Assembly: GCA_000146045.2 (NCBI GenBank) | Contig: BK006938.2 | Location: 1,152,001 to 1,216,000, forward strand | Direction of reading: 5' to 3' | Origin: TPA_inf: Saccharomyces | Taxonomy: Eukaryota | DNA: 64,000 bases | In this document: positions 1 to 10,956 of the stretch, piece by piece | Layout: every line of letters begins with the position of its first letter | Position numbering within the stretch: position 1 is the first letter of the stretch | Notes under the pieces: generated by a model | The model's database searches: none | What the model saw: only the letters and a program-made list of their open reading frames with translations | What the model was told of the DNA's origin: nothing | Translations under genes and position numbers: made by a program

Positions 1-1626
1 GATTGCATTTCTCAAAACATCGGGGTATTGGCCTAGCAGTCTAATCAACAGTTTTGCGGCAGGTTCTTTTAATAACGAAAAATCGGCATTTATCCATTTT
101 TCTTGGGTGATACCAGAAGCATTTCTTTCAACTGATCTTAACCTTGAGTGAGCATATTGAAGGTATGGACCAGTGTCACCTTCGAATGAAAGCATTCTTT
201 CCCATTTAAACTCGTAGTTGTTGATACGCTTACCTTGCATATCTTGAATCATGACGGCAGAGATACCAACTAAATCGGCAACTTCTTCTGGATGCTCAAT
301 TTGCGCGTATTTGTTCTCATTCTTTTTCATAACTTCGTGCATTTTTTCCTTAGTTTCCTCCAAGATATTATCTAAGAAGACAACAGTACCTTTTCTTGTT
401 GACATACCTTGGACCATACCAAAGTTGACATGCTGTAGATCTTTAGCCCACTCAAAGCCCATCTGCTTCAAAATTTCGAAGAATTGGGCAGCGTGCAAAT
501 CTTGTTGAGAAGCGATAACGTAAATCATCTTGTCAAAATGATACTTTTCATAACGGTCCATAGCTGCACCAACGTCTCTAGTTAGATATAACGTAGTACC
601 GTCCGATTTTTGAACAATAGCCTTTCCTAACTTTTTGTTAAATTTTGTCAAATCGATCAAAACTGCACCCTTATCCTCATGTGTTAAGCCCTTTTCCTTG
701 AACAGGTCGATAGCTTTGAGCATGGATTCTTTAGAAACTTGAGATTCACCAGAGTAAACATCATATTTGATGTTCAAACGTGCATATGTGTCAATATATT
801 TTTCAATAGAAAATTCACGGAATCTCTTCCAAATTTTTAAAGCTTCCTCGTCACCATCTTCCATTCTCTTGAAATATTCACGAGCTTTTCCATTGGTGGA
901 TTGTTCTAATGGAATACTGTCACCTTCTTCCTCAATATCCTTGTTGATACGAACGTAAACATCGAACAGGTGGTGAATTGGATCCTTAACTAAAGCCTCT
1001 TCATTACCGTATCTTTCAAAACCAACAGCTAAAAGACCAAATTGTTTACCCCAGTCACCCAGGTAGTTCATTCTGATAACCTCCCAACCTAATTTTTCAT
1101 AAAGGTTGGCCAAAAAGCCACCAATAATAGTGGATCTTAAATGACCAGCATGAAATGGCTTGGCAATGTTGGGAGAGGAGAATTCAATAATAACTTTCTT
1201 GTTTTCAACCAATTTGCAAGAACCATAATCCTCCTTTCTGGTTAAGATATCTGGGATGACAAGTTTTGCTAAAAATTGAGGGTTGAAGAAAAACTGGATG
1301 AACGGGCCATTCGCTTCAACTTTCTCCAAGAAATCTCCACATGGAAATTTTTCAGCCCATTGGACTGCCAAATCCTTTGGATTGGCACCTTTGATTCTCA
1401 ATCTTGGGATAGGAATCAACAAATCGCCTCTCTCCATAGTATTTGTCCATTCTAATGCTGGAAAAATAAGAGACGAGTCTACGCCGGAAATCTTGCTTAA
1501 TTCTTGTGAAATGTAATTTCTCATCAAATCCACGATATTTACATCAGGATGAGAATCCTTGGCAACCGCAGGTTCCGCGATAGATAGTTTCTTTAGTTGA
1601 GAAATCATATTTGCTGTGCTAGCCAT
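1..1626 (-). CDS. Cytoplasmic arginyl-tRNA synthetase, N-terminal 542 codons. The ATG is at 1626..1624 and the gene continues past the window start.
   Basis: Minus-strand translation from 1626 reads MASTANMISQLKKLSIAEPAVAKDSHPDV... with the class I HIGH-type motif SSPNIAKPFHAGHLRS and no stop before position 1. It is absent from the ORF track only because the stop lies outside the window. I recognise it as yeast YDR341C from memory. Confidence 0.85.
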   Translation of the reverse strand, partial: MASTANMISQLKKLSIAEPAVAKDSHPDVNIVDLMRNYISQELSKISGVDSSLIFPALEWTNTMERGDLLIPIPRLRIKGANPKDLAVQWAEKFPCGDFLEKVEANGPFIQFFFNPQFLAKLVIPDILTRKEDYGSCKLVENKKVIIEFSSPNIAKPFHAGHLRSTIIGGFLANLYEKLGWEVIRMNYLGDWGKQFGLLAVGFERYGNEEALVKDPIHHLFDVYVRINKDIEEEGDSIPLEQSTNGKAREYFKRMEDGDEEALKIWKRFREFSIEKYIDTYARLNIKYDVYSGESQVSKESMLKAIDLFKEKGLTHEDKGAVLIDLTKFNKKLGKAIVQKSDGTTLYLTRDVGAAMDRYEKYHFDKMIYVIASQQDLHAAQFFEILKQMGFEWAKDLQHVNFGMVQGMSTRKGTVVFLDNILEETKEKMHEVMKKNENKYAQIEHPEEVADLVGISAVMIQDMQGKRINNYEFKWERMLSFEGDTGPYLQYAHSRLRSVERNASGITQEKWINADFSLLKEPAAKLLIRLLGQYPDVLRNAI

Positions 1627-2130
1627 TCTGTAGAAAAACGAGCTATTGCTTTTTCTTTGATTAACAGAATTTACAACACTCAAGAATTTATTTCGTAACC
1701 TTATAATATCCTCTCCATAGATGCATTGTGAAAATTGAAGCTAAAAATTTTTTTCGCTTCGCATCATGAAAGTAATTTTTCTTCTTTTAAGTGACGGGCG
1801 ATGAGTAAGAAAGAAATAACTGACTCATTAGACACTTTTTGAAGCGGGATACAGAAAAAGAAGATATTTCCCATTTCAAAAAGGCTCTACTATATCCTTA
1901 CCATTTACCAAACTAACCAAAATTTGTAGACGTGGGTCTGCAGGCAAAATTGGAATATTTGTGAATAACAGTGCGGTCGGTAAACAACTGACTTCTTCCC
2001 ACTTTGCATTTCTCTTTAAAGTTTCTTTGTCTCCGTCCCACTCAACTTTCTGAGAACAAATGATCAAAAACTTGAAAATTAAACTGTATTATTTTGTATA
2101 TATTAAAAACGTATTTACTTTTCAAGATAT

Positions 2131-4012
2131 CATTAAAAATATAAAATTAGAATTAGAGTACATTTCAAATGCACAAATTAGAGCGTGATCATGAATTAAT
2201 AAAAGTGTTCGCAAATTATTTGGTGCTGAACATTCTCTTGTACAATGGCTTGTCATCGTGAGTCATTTCTTCAGCGTCGTAGTTGGCACCTCTTCTGGAT
2301 GGTGGAACCCATGAGGCAGACTTCCATGGTAGAACACCTTCTTCCCACATGGTGTTGACTTCTTCCAAAGTCAAACCCTTAGTTTCTGGAACAACTAACA
2401 AAACATAGAAGAACATGAAGACCAAACAGCCCATGAAAACGTAACCGTAGTAGAAGTTAATAGCACCAGTAATAAATGGAGTGAAGAAACCAATCAAGAA
2501 ACCCCACAACCAATTAGCAGCTGTAGCAATAGACATAGCCTTAGACTTGACTCTCAATGGGAAAGTTTCAGAAACAACGACATAAGGAATTGGAGCCCAT
2601 GTAGTAGCAAAACAGAAAATATAGAAACAGGCAAAGACAATCATACAGTTACCAGCACCCTTGGAAGATGGTTGGTCTTGACCATTTGGCCATAATCTGG
2701 TGACACCCACGGAAGCATAGACAACCATACAAGCAGTCATGGATGCAGCACCCCATAGCAAACAAGTACGACGACCATATCTCTCAACAACGTAAATACC
2801 AACAAAGGTGGAAGCAAAGTTAACAATACCCAAGACAATAGAGGTTTCGAAAGAGTCACTCAAACCAACAGCCTTGAAAATAGTAGTACCATAGTAGAAG
2901 AAATAGTTATCACCTGTCAATTGTTGTAGAGATTGAATCATAGCACCCATGATCAAACGCTGAAGGACCTTTGTCTTGCTACTAAACAATTCACCCCAGG
3001 ATGCATTACCAGCTAATTTCTCTGCCTCTACACCAGCCAAGACAGCTTCGACTTCAGCCAAAACAGATGGATCATCAACAGCAACCTTGTTAGAAACGGC
3101 AATAGAACGTTTGGCTTCTTCGATCTTACCGACTTCAGCCAAATAACGTGGAGACTCTGGAACAAATGTCATACCACCAATCATAAACAAAGCCCAGGCA
3201 AAACACAAACCTAATGGAACTCTCCATTGCACAGAGTTGGAGTAGTTCTTAGTACCGAAGTTGGTACAGTAACCCAAGAAAATACCGGCAGTAATCATCA
3301 ATTGGTAGCAAGAGACTAAAGTACCCCTTAAATGCTTTGGGGATACTTCAGAAATCAACATAGGAGATAAAACGGCAATACCACCAACACCCAAACCGGA
3401 AATAATTCTACCGATGAAATATTGGTACCATTTGTTGATAGATGCAATTTGAATAATAATACCGATGATGTAGATGACAACAACGACAATCAAACCCACC
3501 TTACGACCGTACATATCACCCAATTTGGAAAGAATAATACCACCAATGGCACAACCAATGTTGAAAATGGAGACAATCAAACCAGTTCTAACCTTAGACA
3601 AATAATTAGTACCATCTTTATGCTTCATACCAAATCTTCTGATGAAATCGGTTTGATTGATGAAACCAGAAATGGTACCAGTATCCCAACCGAAAACGAA
3701 ACCACCAAAGGCGATCATGATACACATAATAGAGACAGTGACATAGGCAGAAGCTGGTCTCTTTGGAATTTCAACGACAGGTTCGTGCTCTTCACCTTCA
3801 CCATAAGCTTTTATTTCATCTCTTTCAGCCTTGTTTGATGGTGTAGATAAAACCGAGTGGGAGGCTGAGTCAACAGCAGAGAGATGCTCCACAGGAGTTT
3901 GCTCTGCAATAGCAGCGTCTTGTGACATTTTTTGATTAAAATTAAAAAAACTTTTTGTTTTTGTGTTTATTCTTTGTTCTTAGAAAAGACAAGTTGAGCT
4001 TGTTTGTTCTTG
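2131..4012. repeat. Tandem direct repeat unit A: HXT7 CDS plus 85 bp of 3' flank and 84 bp of 5' flank.
   Basis: Roughly 99.5% identical to 7523..9404 at a constant offset of 5392 bp. Identity starts abruptly at cattaaaaatat and ends at ttgttcttg. Confidence 0.95.
2216..3928 (-). CDS. HXT7: High-affinity hexose transporter, MFS sugar porter with 12 TM helices, 570 aa.
   Basis: Complete ORF. Protein has sugar-porter signatures (GRR/GRK motifs, PESPRYL, PETKG). It differs from the downstream copy at residue T556 versus A556 among the few nucleotide differences I spotted. HXT7 is assigned by position as the first copy and by gene order. Confidence 0.9.
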   Translation of the reverse strand: MSQDAAIAEQTPVEHLSAVDSASHSVLSTPSNKAERDEIKAYGEGEEHEPVVEIPKRPASAYVTVSIMCIMIAFGGFVFGWDTGTISGFINQTDFIRRFGMKHKDGTNYLSKVRTGLIVSIFNIGCAIGGIILSKLGDMYGRKVGLIVVVVIYIIGIIIQIASINKWYQYFIGRIISGLGVGGIAVLSPMLISEVSPKHLRGTLVSCYQLMITAGIFLGYCTNFGTKNYSNSVQWRVPLGLCFAWALFMIGGMTFVPESPRYLAEVGKIEEAKRSIAVSNKVAVDDPSVLAEVEAVLAGVEAEKLAGNASWGELFSSKTKVLQRLIMGAMIQSLQQLTGDNYFFYYGTTIFKAVGLSDSFETSIVLGIVNFASTFVGIYVVERYGRRTCLLWGAASMTACMVVYASVGVTRLWPNGQDQPSSKGAGNCMIVFACFYIFCFATTWAPIPYVVVSETFPLRVKSKAMSIATAANWLWGFLIGFFTPFITGAINFYYGYVFMGCLVFMFFYVLLVVPETKGLTLEEVNTMWEEGVLPWKSASWVPPSRRGANYDAEEMTHDDKPLYKRMFSTK

Positions 4013-4295
4013 ATGTTTTATTATTTTACAATAGCTGCAAATGAAGAATAGATTCGAACATTGTGAAGTATTGGCATATATCGTCTCTATTTATACTTTT
4101 TTTTTTTCAGTTCTAGTATATTTTGTATTTTCCTCCTTTTCATTCTTTCAGTTGCCAATAAGTTACAGGGGATCTCGAAAGATGGTGGGGATTTTTCCTT
4201 GAAAGACGACTTTTTGCCATCTAATTTTTCCTTGTTGCCTCTGAAAATTATCCAGCAGAAGCAAATGTAAAAGATGAACCTCAGAAGAACACGCA

Positions 4296-4310
4296 GGGGC
4301 CCGAAATTGT
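4296..4310 (+). promoter_or_regulatory. GGGGCCCGAAATTGT motif in the HXT7 promoter, about 370 bp upstream of the ATG. It is shared with the HXT6 and HXT3 promoters.
   Basis: Direct sequence comparison of the three HXT upstream regions. The motif has the same orientation relative to all three genes. Confidence 0.35.
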
Positions 4311-7300
4311 TCCTACGAGAAGTAGTGGGTCATAAAAAGTTTATTCCCTGGAAAAAAAATTTTGCGTTGCCTTTCTGGAGAATTTTTTCGAATTAGCGTG
4401 CTGCCACTGCATGCATTTCTGAGAAGTGTGGGCATTCTTCCACCAGTTGTTCCTCCTAAAAAAAAAAAAGATTTCCTACCCCGCACAAATTCCTGCATAC
4501 CCCTCATTTCCACGGGGTAAAAAAAAAACATCCCGTAGCAGCCTCTGACGGAGCCGTATGGAACAATCCTGGATAAATATGGCGGAAAAACGGCTCTGGC
4601 TGCGGCTTTGTTTAAGGCAGAAACTAGATGAGATGTTTGTTGTTACGGAAAAAAAAATTTGTTGCGCTTTCTGTAGTGGGATTTGTCCTCATAACTTCTC
4701 CATGAAGGGGCCATTAAAATCTAGCCCTCTAGTAAAGCGTTATGGGAGCACTCTTGCGGCGTTCAACGGTGCTGCTTTTTCACTTTTACAGTATGATATG
4801 TCTTTCACATTGGGTTTTAGCTATAATTAGATAAAAATATTTTAAGTTGCTTTTGAAGTGTTTAGTAGGGCGTGTTTAGCAGGGCATGCTTAACAACCCC
4901 AAATGATCTTAGCGATGAGAGTACTATTTTCTAGGGTTGTTTTGTGCAGCCTGTTAATGTAGACATCAAGAAATTAAATGCGATCTTAATTCATTCGGAA
5001 TTTCTTTTCACCGTGTGAATGAAATTTTTCGAGATGCTAAGTATAATAAAAATAAAAAAATAAAATCGCTTTTCTTCTAGAGAATTTTTCCGTGAGAAAG
5101 TAAAAACACATAATACTAGCTTAATAAACTTTTCTTTCCACCACCCATAGGATACGCTAACAATTTTTGCTGTCAACTGCTTGCCATTTTGTTTTCTTCC
5201 GACTACTATCACTTAGGGCTATTGGCAGTATATGCGTAATTTTATCAATTACCATACTTGTCAAACATAGATCAGGAAAAATATTAACGTTCCTGTCAAT
5301 CTAAGACTTGAAGATTACAGGACTTTTTTTTTTCTTACTGTATTTTTCCGTAGAGTGCACCATTCGGCAGATGGATCGCGGGGAAATTGAGAGTTTATGC
5401 AAAAAAATCCGAAGGTGGAATTAAATGGGTCCCGCTTTGGAAAGCCCCGGATTTAATCCCCCATTAAGGCAAATTACTCCTCATCCTAGGTGGAGAAAAG
5501 AACCGGAAAAAAATGCAGTACCTTTTTTGTTCCCATTTCTTTTCCAAGTAAACAGGCGGAGAATCAAGCTGCTGCAGTTAGTTCTCAGAGTTCACTTAAC
5601 GTTCTCCTGTAATAAACATAAGGAACAACCATCACCCCACACTTTTATCTCTTCCTCACTAACATTGTGTTAGCTTGCATGTTCTTTGAGACTAATGACC
5701 GATTGTTTGATCTCTTCTTCCGATTATTGCTGGTCCGATCCCTTGAGCATCGAAAACCAAACGACTGTTTAAGATCTGTAATTGATTAAGACCCATTGGC
5801 GATTACTCACTCATCGGCAAAAAAAAATGGTCTGAACATGCGTTGAAAATTTTGCTCCCATGAGATTTTTTGTCTCATGTAGTAATTATTTTATTTCTTG
5901 AGCAATCTGAGCTTCAACAAGACAGAAAACGAATATGGCAACTGTTATTTCGTTATATAGTGTTGCTGGTGACCGAACACAAAAATGATCTTAGAATTGT
6001 AACTCAGGGAGCATACGAACAAAAGATTATTAGCATTTCGTACTTTCTAAAAGTTGAAGAAGTTGGCATTTGTTGATTTTATCATATCCTTAATAAAAAG
6101 TTGACGTCAGCATACAATTTGAAAATAGCAATATCGAATGCCTATTCCTCCTTTCGTTGTTTGAGTTTACCTAATATATCGATGCATTTTTGCAAAAGTG
6201 TGGTATTGAGCACGCGGTACTAGAAGGAAAAATCTCTTCTTTTTACTACGTGTCCTGCATTTCTATCATGGTGAAGATAATCATTATTTTATGTCAAAAA
6301 TTACTAGTTAGCTGTCAGAATTTTTTGTTTAAACATTGTTGAATTCCTGTCGCAGGTTAAAGAAATCGAAAAATAGCCAATGAAGTAGACAGAATCATTT
6401 GACCAGTTAGGTAAATTACTGTGTCAAATAATTCAACAACGCGTTTCTACGTGGTGGGCAGAAGTCCCTGGAATACTTTAGTGATGGTACACTTTTCGAC
6501 ATTAGAATTGTCTCTGAATTGTCACCCCGCTAATAAGTTATTTGTATGGACGCCAATAAAACCATACAAACGCGGCTTTCTGGTACTGCGTTTAATCTTG
6601 CATGAACTTTTCCGTCCATTGGGGCGAATATTCACTGTGCGATGTATACTACCTTTTTAGCTACTGAAGCCACTCTTAAAGCATGATTTTTTTCCTTCCT
6701 GCCATCTAAAGGTTACTTACGGCAACCTTTCCATAAATTGTTGCTGAAATAACATATAATAGTACCAAATGGGCCTATCAATAAGTTTACAGCCTACAAG
6801 ATTTTCTTCCACTAAAATATATTCGAATAGGACTTTGGCCAAAAACTGTTCATTAAGGGGCAGACTGTTCATGTTTTCTCGCAAATTACCTTTTTAACAA
6901 GGTGAAATTATTTTTTTTGGGGAATGCTAACTGTTTATCATCTGCCAGGAAAGAAAACTTAGATCCTCTTTACCAATCGCCGCCAGTAGTACATCATTTC
7001 TTATTAAATAAAAACATTTTCATATCATTAACCCTTTTTCAAACATATATGGGATGTAGTTTGCCAAGGATGATCATAAAGGCCTAATATGATCCCCATT
7101 TTCTTTTTATTACCAAAAATTCAGGTTTATTGACAAGCCTTCTCTACTCTGTCGCAATGCCAGTTTAACATTGAGGAGTTTAGTAGCTTCATTGTAATGA
7201 GGTGACTCTATTTAATTTCAGGTAGAAAAGCGCAGTACCGAGGTGAGCCCTGCATATGTACACTGATTGTGAAAAGCTCCGGCTCATAATTAATTTTTTT

Positions 7301-7522
7301 GATGAATTATAGAGTACTTTGTTTATAATAGAAGACTTTTTTTTTCCTCCTAAGGTAGCTTATGCGAGAAAGAGCGCCTACTTCGCTTCTAGCGCTACAA
7401 AACAATAACTTTGAAGGGTAAAGCTGTTAACTTTTCTTCAAAGCTTAGAAAAGAAAAAAAATTAATAAAAAATTATACTTCTATTGGCAACATCTTGCCA
7501 TACAATATAAATCGTAAGGGTT

Positions 7523-9404
7523 CATTAAAAATATAAAATCAGAATTAGAGTGCATTTCAAATGCACAAATTAGAGCGTGATCATGAATTAATAAAAATGT
7601 TCGCAAATTATTTGGTGCTGAACATTCTCTTGTACAATGGCTTATCATCGTGAGCCATTTCTTCAGCGTCGTAGTTGGCACCTCTTCTAGATGGTGGAAC
7701 CCATGAGGCAGACTTCCATGGTAGAACACCTTCTTCCCACATGGTGTTGACTTCTTCCAAAGTCAAACCCTTAGTTTCTGGAACAACTAACAAAACATAG
7801 AAGAACATGAAGACCAAACAGCCCATGAAAACGTAACCGTAGTAGAAGTTAATAGCACCAGTAATAAATGGAGTGAAGAAACCAATCAAGAAACCCCACA
7901 ACCAATTAGCAGCTGTAGCAATAGACATAGCCTTAGACTTGACTCTCAATGGGAAAGTTTCAGAAACAACGACATAAGGAATTGGAGCCCATGTAGTAGC
8001 AAAACAGAAAATATAGAAACAGGCAAAGACAATCATACAGTTACCAGCACCCTTGGAAGATGGTTGGTCTTGACCATTTGGCCATAATCTGGTGACACCC
8101 ACGGAAGCATAGACAACCATACAAGCAGTCATGGATGCAGCACCCCATAGCAAACAAGTACGACGACCATATCTCTCAACAACGTAAATACCAACAAAGG
8201 TGGAAGCAAAGTTAACAATACCCAAGACAATAGAGGTTTCGAAAGAGTCACTCAAACCAACAGCCTTGAAAATAGTAGTACCATAGTAGAAGAAATAGTT
8301 ATCACCTGTCAATTGTTGTAGAGATTGAATCATAGCACCCATGATCAAACGCTGAAGGACCTTTGTCTTGCTACTAAACAATTCACCCCAGGATGCATTA
8401 CCAGCTAATTTCTCTGCCTCTACACCAGCCAAGACAGCTTCGACTTCAGCCAAAACAGATGGATCATCAACAGCAACCTTGTTAGAAACGGCAATAGAAC
8501 GTTTGGCTTCTTCGATCTTACCGACTTCAGCCAAATAACGTGGAGACTCTGGAACAAATGTCATACCACCAATCATAAACAAAGCCCAGGCAAAACACAA
8601 ACCTAATGGAACTCTCCATTGCACAGAGTTGGAGTAGTTCTTAGTACCGAAGTTGGTACAGTAACCCAAGAAAATACCGGCAGTAATCATCAATTGGTAG
8701 CAAGAGACTAAAGTACCCCTTAAATGCTTTGGGGATACTTCAGAAATCAACATAGGAGATAAAACGGCAATACCACCAACACCCAAACCGGAAATAATTC
8801 TACCGATGAAATATTGGTACCATTTGTTGATAGATGCAATTTGAATAATAATACCGATGATGTAGATGACAACAACGACAATCAAACCCACCTTACGACC
8901 GTACATATCACCCAATTTGGAAAGAATAATACCACCAATGGCACAACCAATGTTGAAAATGGAGACAATCAAACCAGTTCTAACCTTAGACAAATAATTA
9001 GTACCATCTTTATGCTTCATACCAAATCTTCTGATGAAATCGGTTTGATTGATGAAACCAGAAATGGTACCAGTATCCCAACCGAAAACGAAACCACCAA
9101 AGGCGATCATGATACACATAATAGAGACAGTGACATAGGCAGAAGCTGGTCTCTTTGGAATTTCAACGACAGGTTCGTGCTCTTCACCTTCACCATAAGC
9201 TTTTATTTCATCTCTTTCAGCCTTGTTTGATGGTGTAGATAAAACCGAGTGGGAGGCTGAGTCAACAGCAGAGAGATGCTCCACAGGAGTTTGCTCTGCA
9301 ATAGCAGCGTCTTGTGACATTTTTTGATTAAAATTAAAAAAACTTTTTGTTTTTGTGTTTATTCTTTGTTCTTAGAAAAGACAAGTTGAGCTTGTTTGTT
9401 CTTG
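7523..9404. repeat. Tandem direct repeat unit B: HXT6 CDS plus short flanks.
   Basis: See unit A; identical boundaries shifted by 5392 bp. Confidence 0.95.
7608..9320 (-). CDS. HXT6: High-affinity hexose transporter, 570 aa, near-identical paralog of the upstream copy.
   Basis: Complete ORF. The protein is identical to the HXT7 ORF except A556 where I compared them. The silent differences I spotted are at 7643 and 7686; a non-silent difference is at 7667. Confidence 0.9.
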   Translation of the reverse strand: MSQDAAIAEQTPVEHLSAVDSASHSVLSTPSNKAERDEIKAYGEGEEHEPVVEIPKRPASAYVTVSIMCIMIAFGGFVFGWDTGTISGFINQTDFIRRFGMKHKDGTNYLSKVRTGLIVSIFNIGCAIGGIILSKLGDMYGRKVGLIVVVVIYIIGIIIQIASINKWYQYFIGRIISGLGVGGIAVLSPMLISEVSPKHLRGTLVSCYQLMITAGIFLGYCTNFGTKNYSNSVQWRVPLGLCFAWALFMIGGMTFVPESPRYLAEVGKIEEAKRSIAVSNKVAVDDPSVLAEVEAVLAGVEAEKLAGNASWGELFSSKTKVLQRLIMGAMIQSLQQLTGDNYFFYYGTTIFKAVGLSDSFETSIVLGIVNFASTFVGIYVVERYGRRTCLLWGAASMTACMVVYASVGVTRLWPNGQDQPSSKGAGNCMIVFACFYIFCFATTWAPIPYVVVSETFPLRVKSKAMSIATAANWLWGFLIGFFTPFITGAINFYYGYVFMGCLVFMFFYVLLVVPETKGLTLEEVNTMWEEGVLPWKSASWVPPSRRGANYDAEEMAHDDKPLYKRMFSTK

Positions 9405-9740
9405 TTTTTTTATTATTAAAACAGAAAAATTGGAAAAAAGAAGAAGATAGTTACAAACCATATGTCTTTTCTCGAGCTCTTTTTATATGTTTCTGTGCTT
9501 TCTATATTGTATACCCATTTGCTCTCCATTGTCTGCAAGCCAAAATCTGCATACAGATCCGAGACATCTCTTGGATTTTTTTCAATGAAGGCACGGAGGG
9601 CATCTGAATAATCTCAATGAGTAAGAAACGAAATTTTTTAAGGAACATTTTCAATTTGCCTACGGACTATTCTCTGCAAAGTTCCAATAATTTCTCCTTT
9701 TTTTCCAGCGTTTAAAGGAAAAAAACTGGTTTTCGATGCC

Positions 9741-9755
9741 GGGGCCCCACAATGT
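9741..9755 (+). promoter_or_regulatory. GGGGCCCCACAATGT motif in the HXT6 promoter, about 420 bp upstream of the ATG. It forms the left arm of an 8 bp inverted repeat, CCCCACAA(9745-9752)/TTGTGGGG(9767-9774).
   Basis: Seen in sequence. TTTTTGTGGGG also fits the Mig1-type GC-box pattern of an AT-rich run followed by GYGGGG. Confidence 0.35.
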
Positions 9756-10005
9756 ACCTGCACTTTTTGTGGGGTAAACGTGGATAAAACGAATCTCCGT
9801 TGCCTAAAAAACATTTTTTTTCGTACGGTCCCCTCTGCGTTCAGGAAAAAAAGAGATCGGGTGGTGAGGCTAGGTAGCGTAGCCCCTTGGAGAAGCATAT
9901 GAAACATTTGTCTTGGCGCCGCACACAGGAACTGCGCACTTCTTTTTGTCCTAGGTTGCTTATCACACCATATGGTGCACCCGTGCTCGTTGTCACTGCC
10001 TTTTT

Positions 10006-10449
10006 TTAACAATTCTTCCTTTGTTCCTCTGAAAGCACGGGCCGGCGCACTCCAATTACCCCTACATTAATTTCCAAGTAGTAGCAGGGGGATGAACATG
10101 TGAACATGTTGCAACAACTGCGGTGTCTTCTTAGGCTTGTGTTCGGAATTTCTTCCTCCTGTTTCGGTGTGTGTTGCTTATTTTTTCCTTGCCCCTTTGC
10201 GGCATCACAGCAGCCGTTGTTCCGTATTCCGGCTGATAAGCATGGAAAGATTTTCCAACAATACTCATGAAAAAATGTGTTGGTGTCTGAGTAAGCTAAA
10301 TTTTCCCAAATTTGATGCCATTCAACCCGAAAACTTAAAATGTAAAAGGGGTTGAGATAGTGCAGCTGTGTGGCAAAAGTCAAAAAAAATCTGTTCCTTT
10401 CAAGGAAATGAAAAAAGGAAGGAAAAAATGTCCAGGACAGAAAGGCCAT
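10006..10449 (-). CDS. Small ORF of 147 aa in the HXT6 upstream region; probably non-coding (dubious).
   Basis: ORF-track entry only, with no recognisable protein features. It lies inside the HXT6 promoter and corresponds by position to a dubious annotated ORF (YDR344C) as I recall. Confidence 0.15.
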   Translation of the reverse strand: MAFLSWTFFPSFFHFLERNRFFLTFATQLHYLNPFYILSFRVEWHQIWENLAYSDTNTFFHEYCWKIFPCLSAGIRNNGCCDAAKGQGKNKQHTPKQEEEIPNTSLRRHRSCCNMFTCSSPCYYLEINVGVIGVRRPVLSEEQRKNC

Positions 10450-10956
10450 CCCCTTAGTAAAGAAACCTGCTTAGAGATTCTTGAGGCTCGAAAATGGTTG
10501 GTGGTTGGACTTCTTTTGAGTTTTCCGTCCGGATTTCAAACGAAATCCATCATCACGTTCCTAGCAACAAGAGGATTATTGGACGATTGTCGGGAGTAAA
10601 GATTACTCAGTTGGTTTTCTAACTCTACTGCGCACTTCTTCGTGGGTATAACAAATTGCACACACATACATTCTTATTATTTGATACTGCTTACGATAAC
10701 CGGAGACTTCTTTTTTTTCCTGTTCGGCTCTCGCCGATGGTATGAAGTTAAATGGTAGAAAAATTGTTTGTTTTGTTTACAAACTGGATCAAGAAATGTT
10801 AAAATTCTGTTTGATATCATGTACCAATGTCTTTTATTAACTGTATCAGAGAATTATATATATAAAGTCATAAATCTTGTGTATTATTTATCATTATTGA
10901 CTAGCACATCGAATCTTAAAATACACTATTATTCAGCACTACGGTTTAGCGTGAAA

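Noticed and set aside
251-1516. Plus-strand ORFs (251-508, 767-958, 1283-1516) at the window start
   Set aside because: They lie antisense to the long uninterrupted arginyl-tRNA synthetase reading frame on the minus strand and have no protein-like composition.
4558-7087. Short ORFs in the HXT7-HXT6 spacer (4558-4830, 4991-5212, 5425-5673, 5870-6076, 6421-6660, 6902-7087)
   Set aside because: 61-90 aa, no codon bias or recognisable domains, located in promoter DNA with homopolymer runs. Treated as chance ORFs.
3422-9230. Identical 138 aa plus-strand ORFs (3422-3838 and 8814-9230)
   Set aside because: They are antisense to HXT7 and HXT6 and identical only because they sit inside the tandem repeat. 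Their N/T/D-rich sequence is the mirror of membrane-protein codons.
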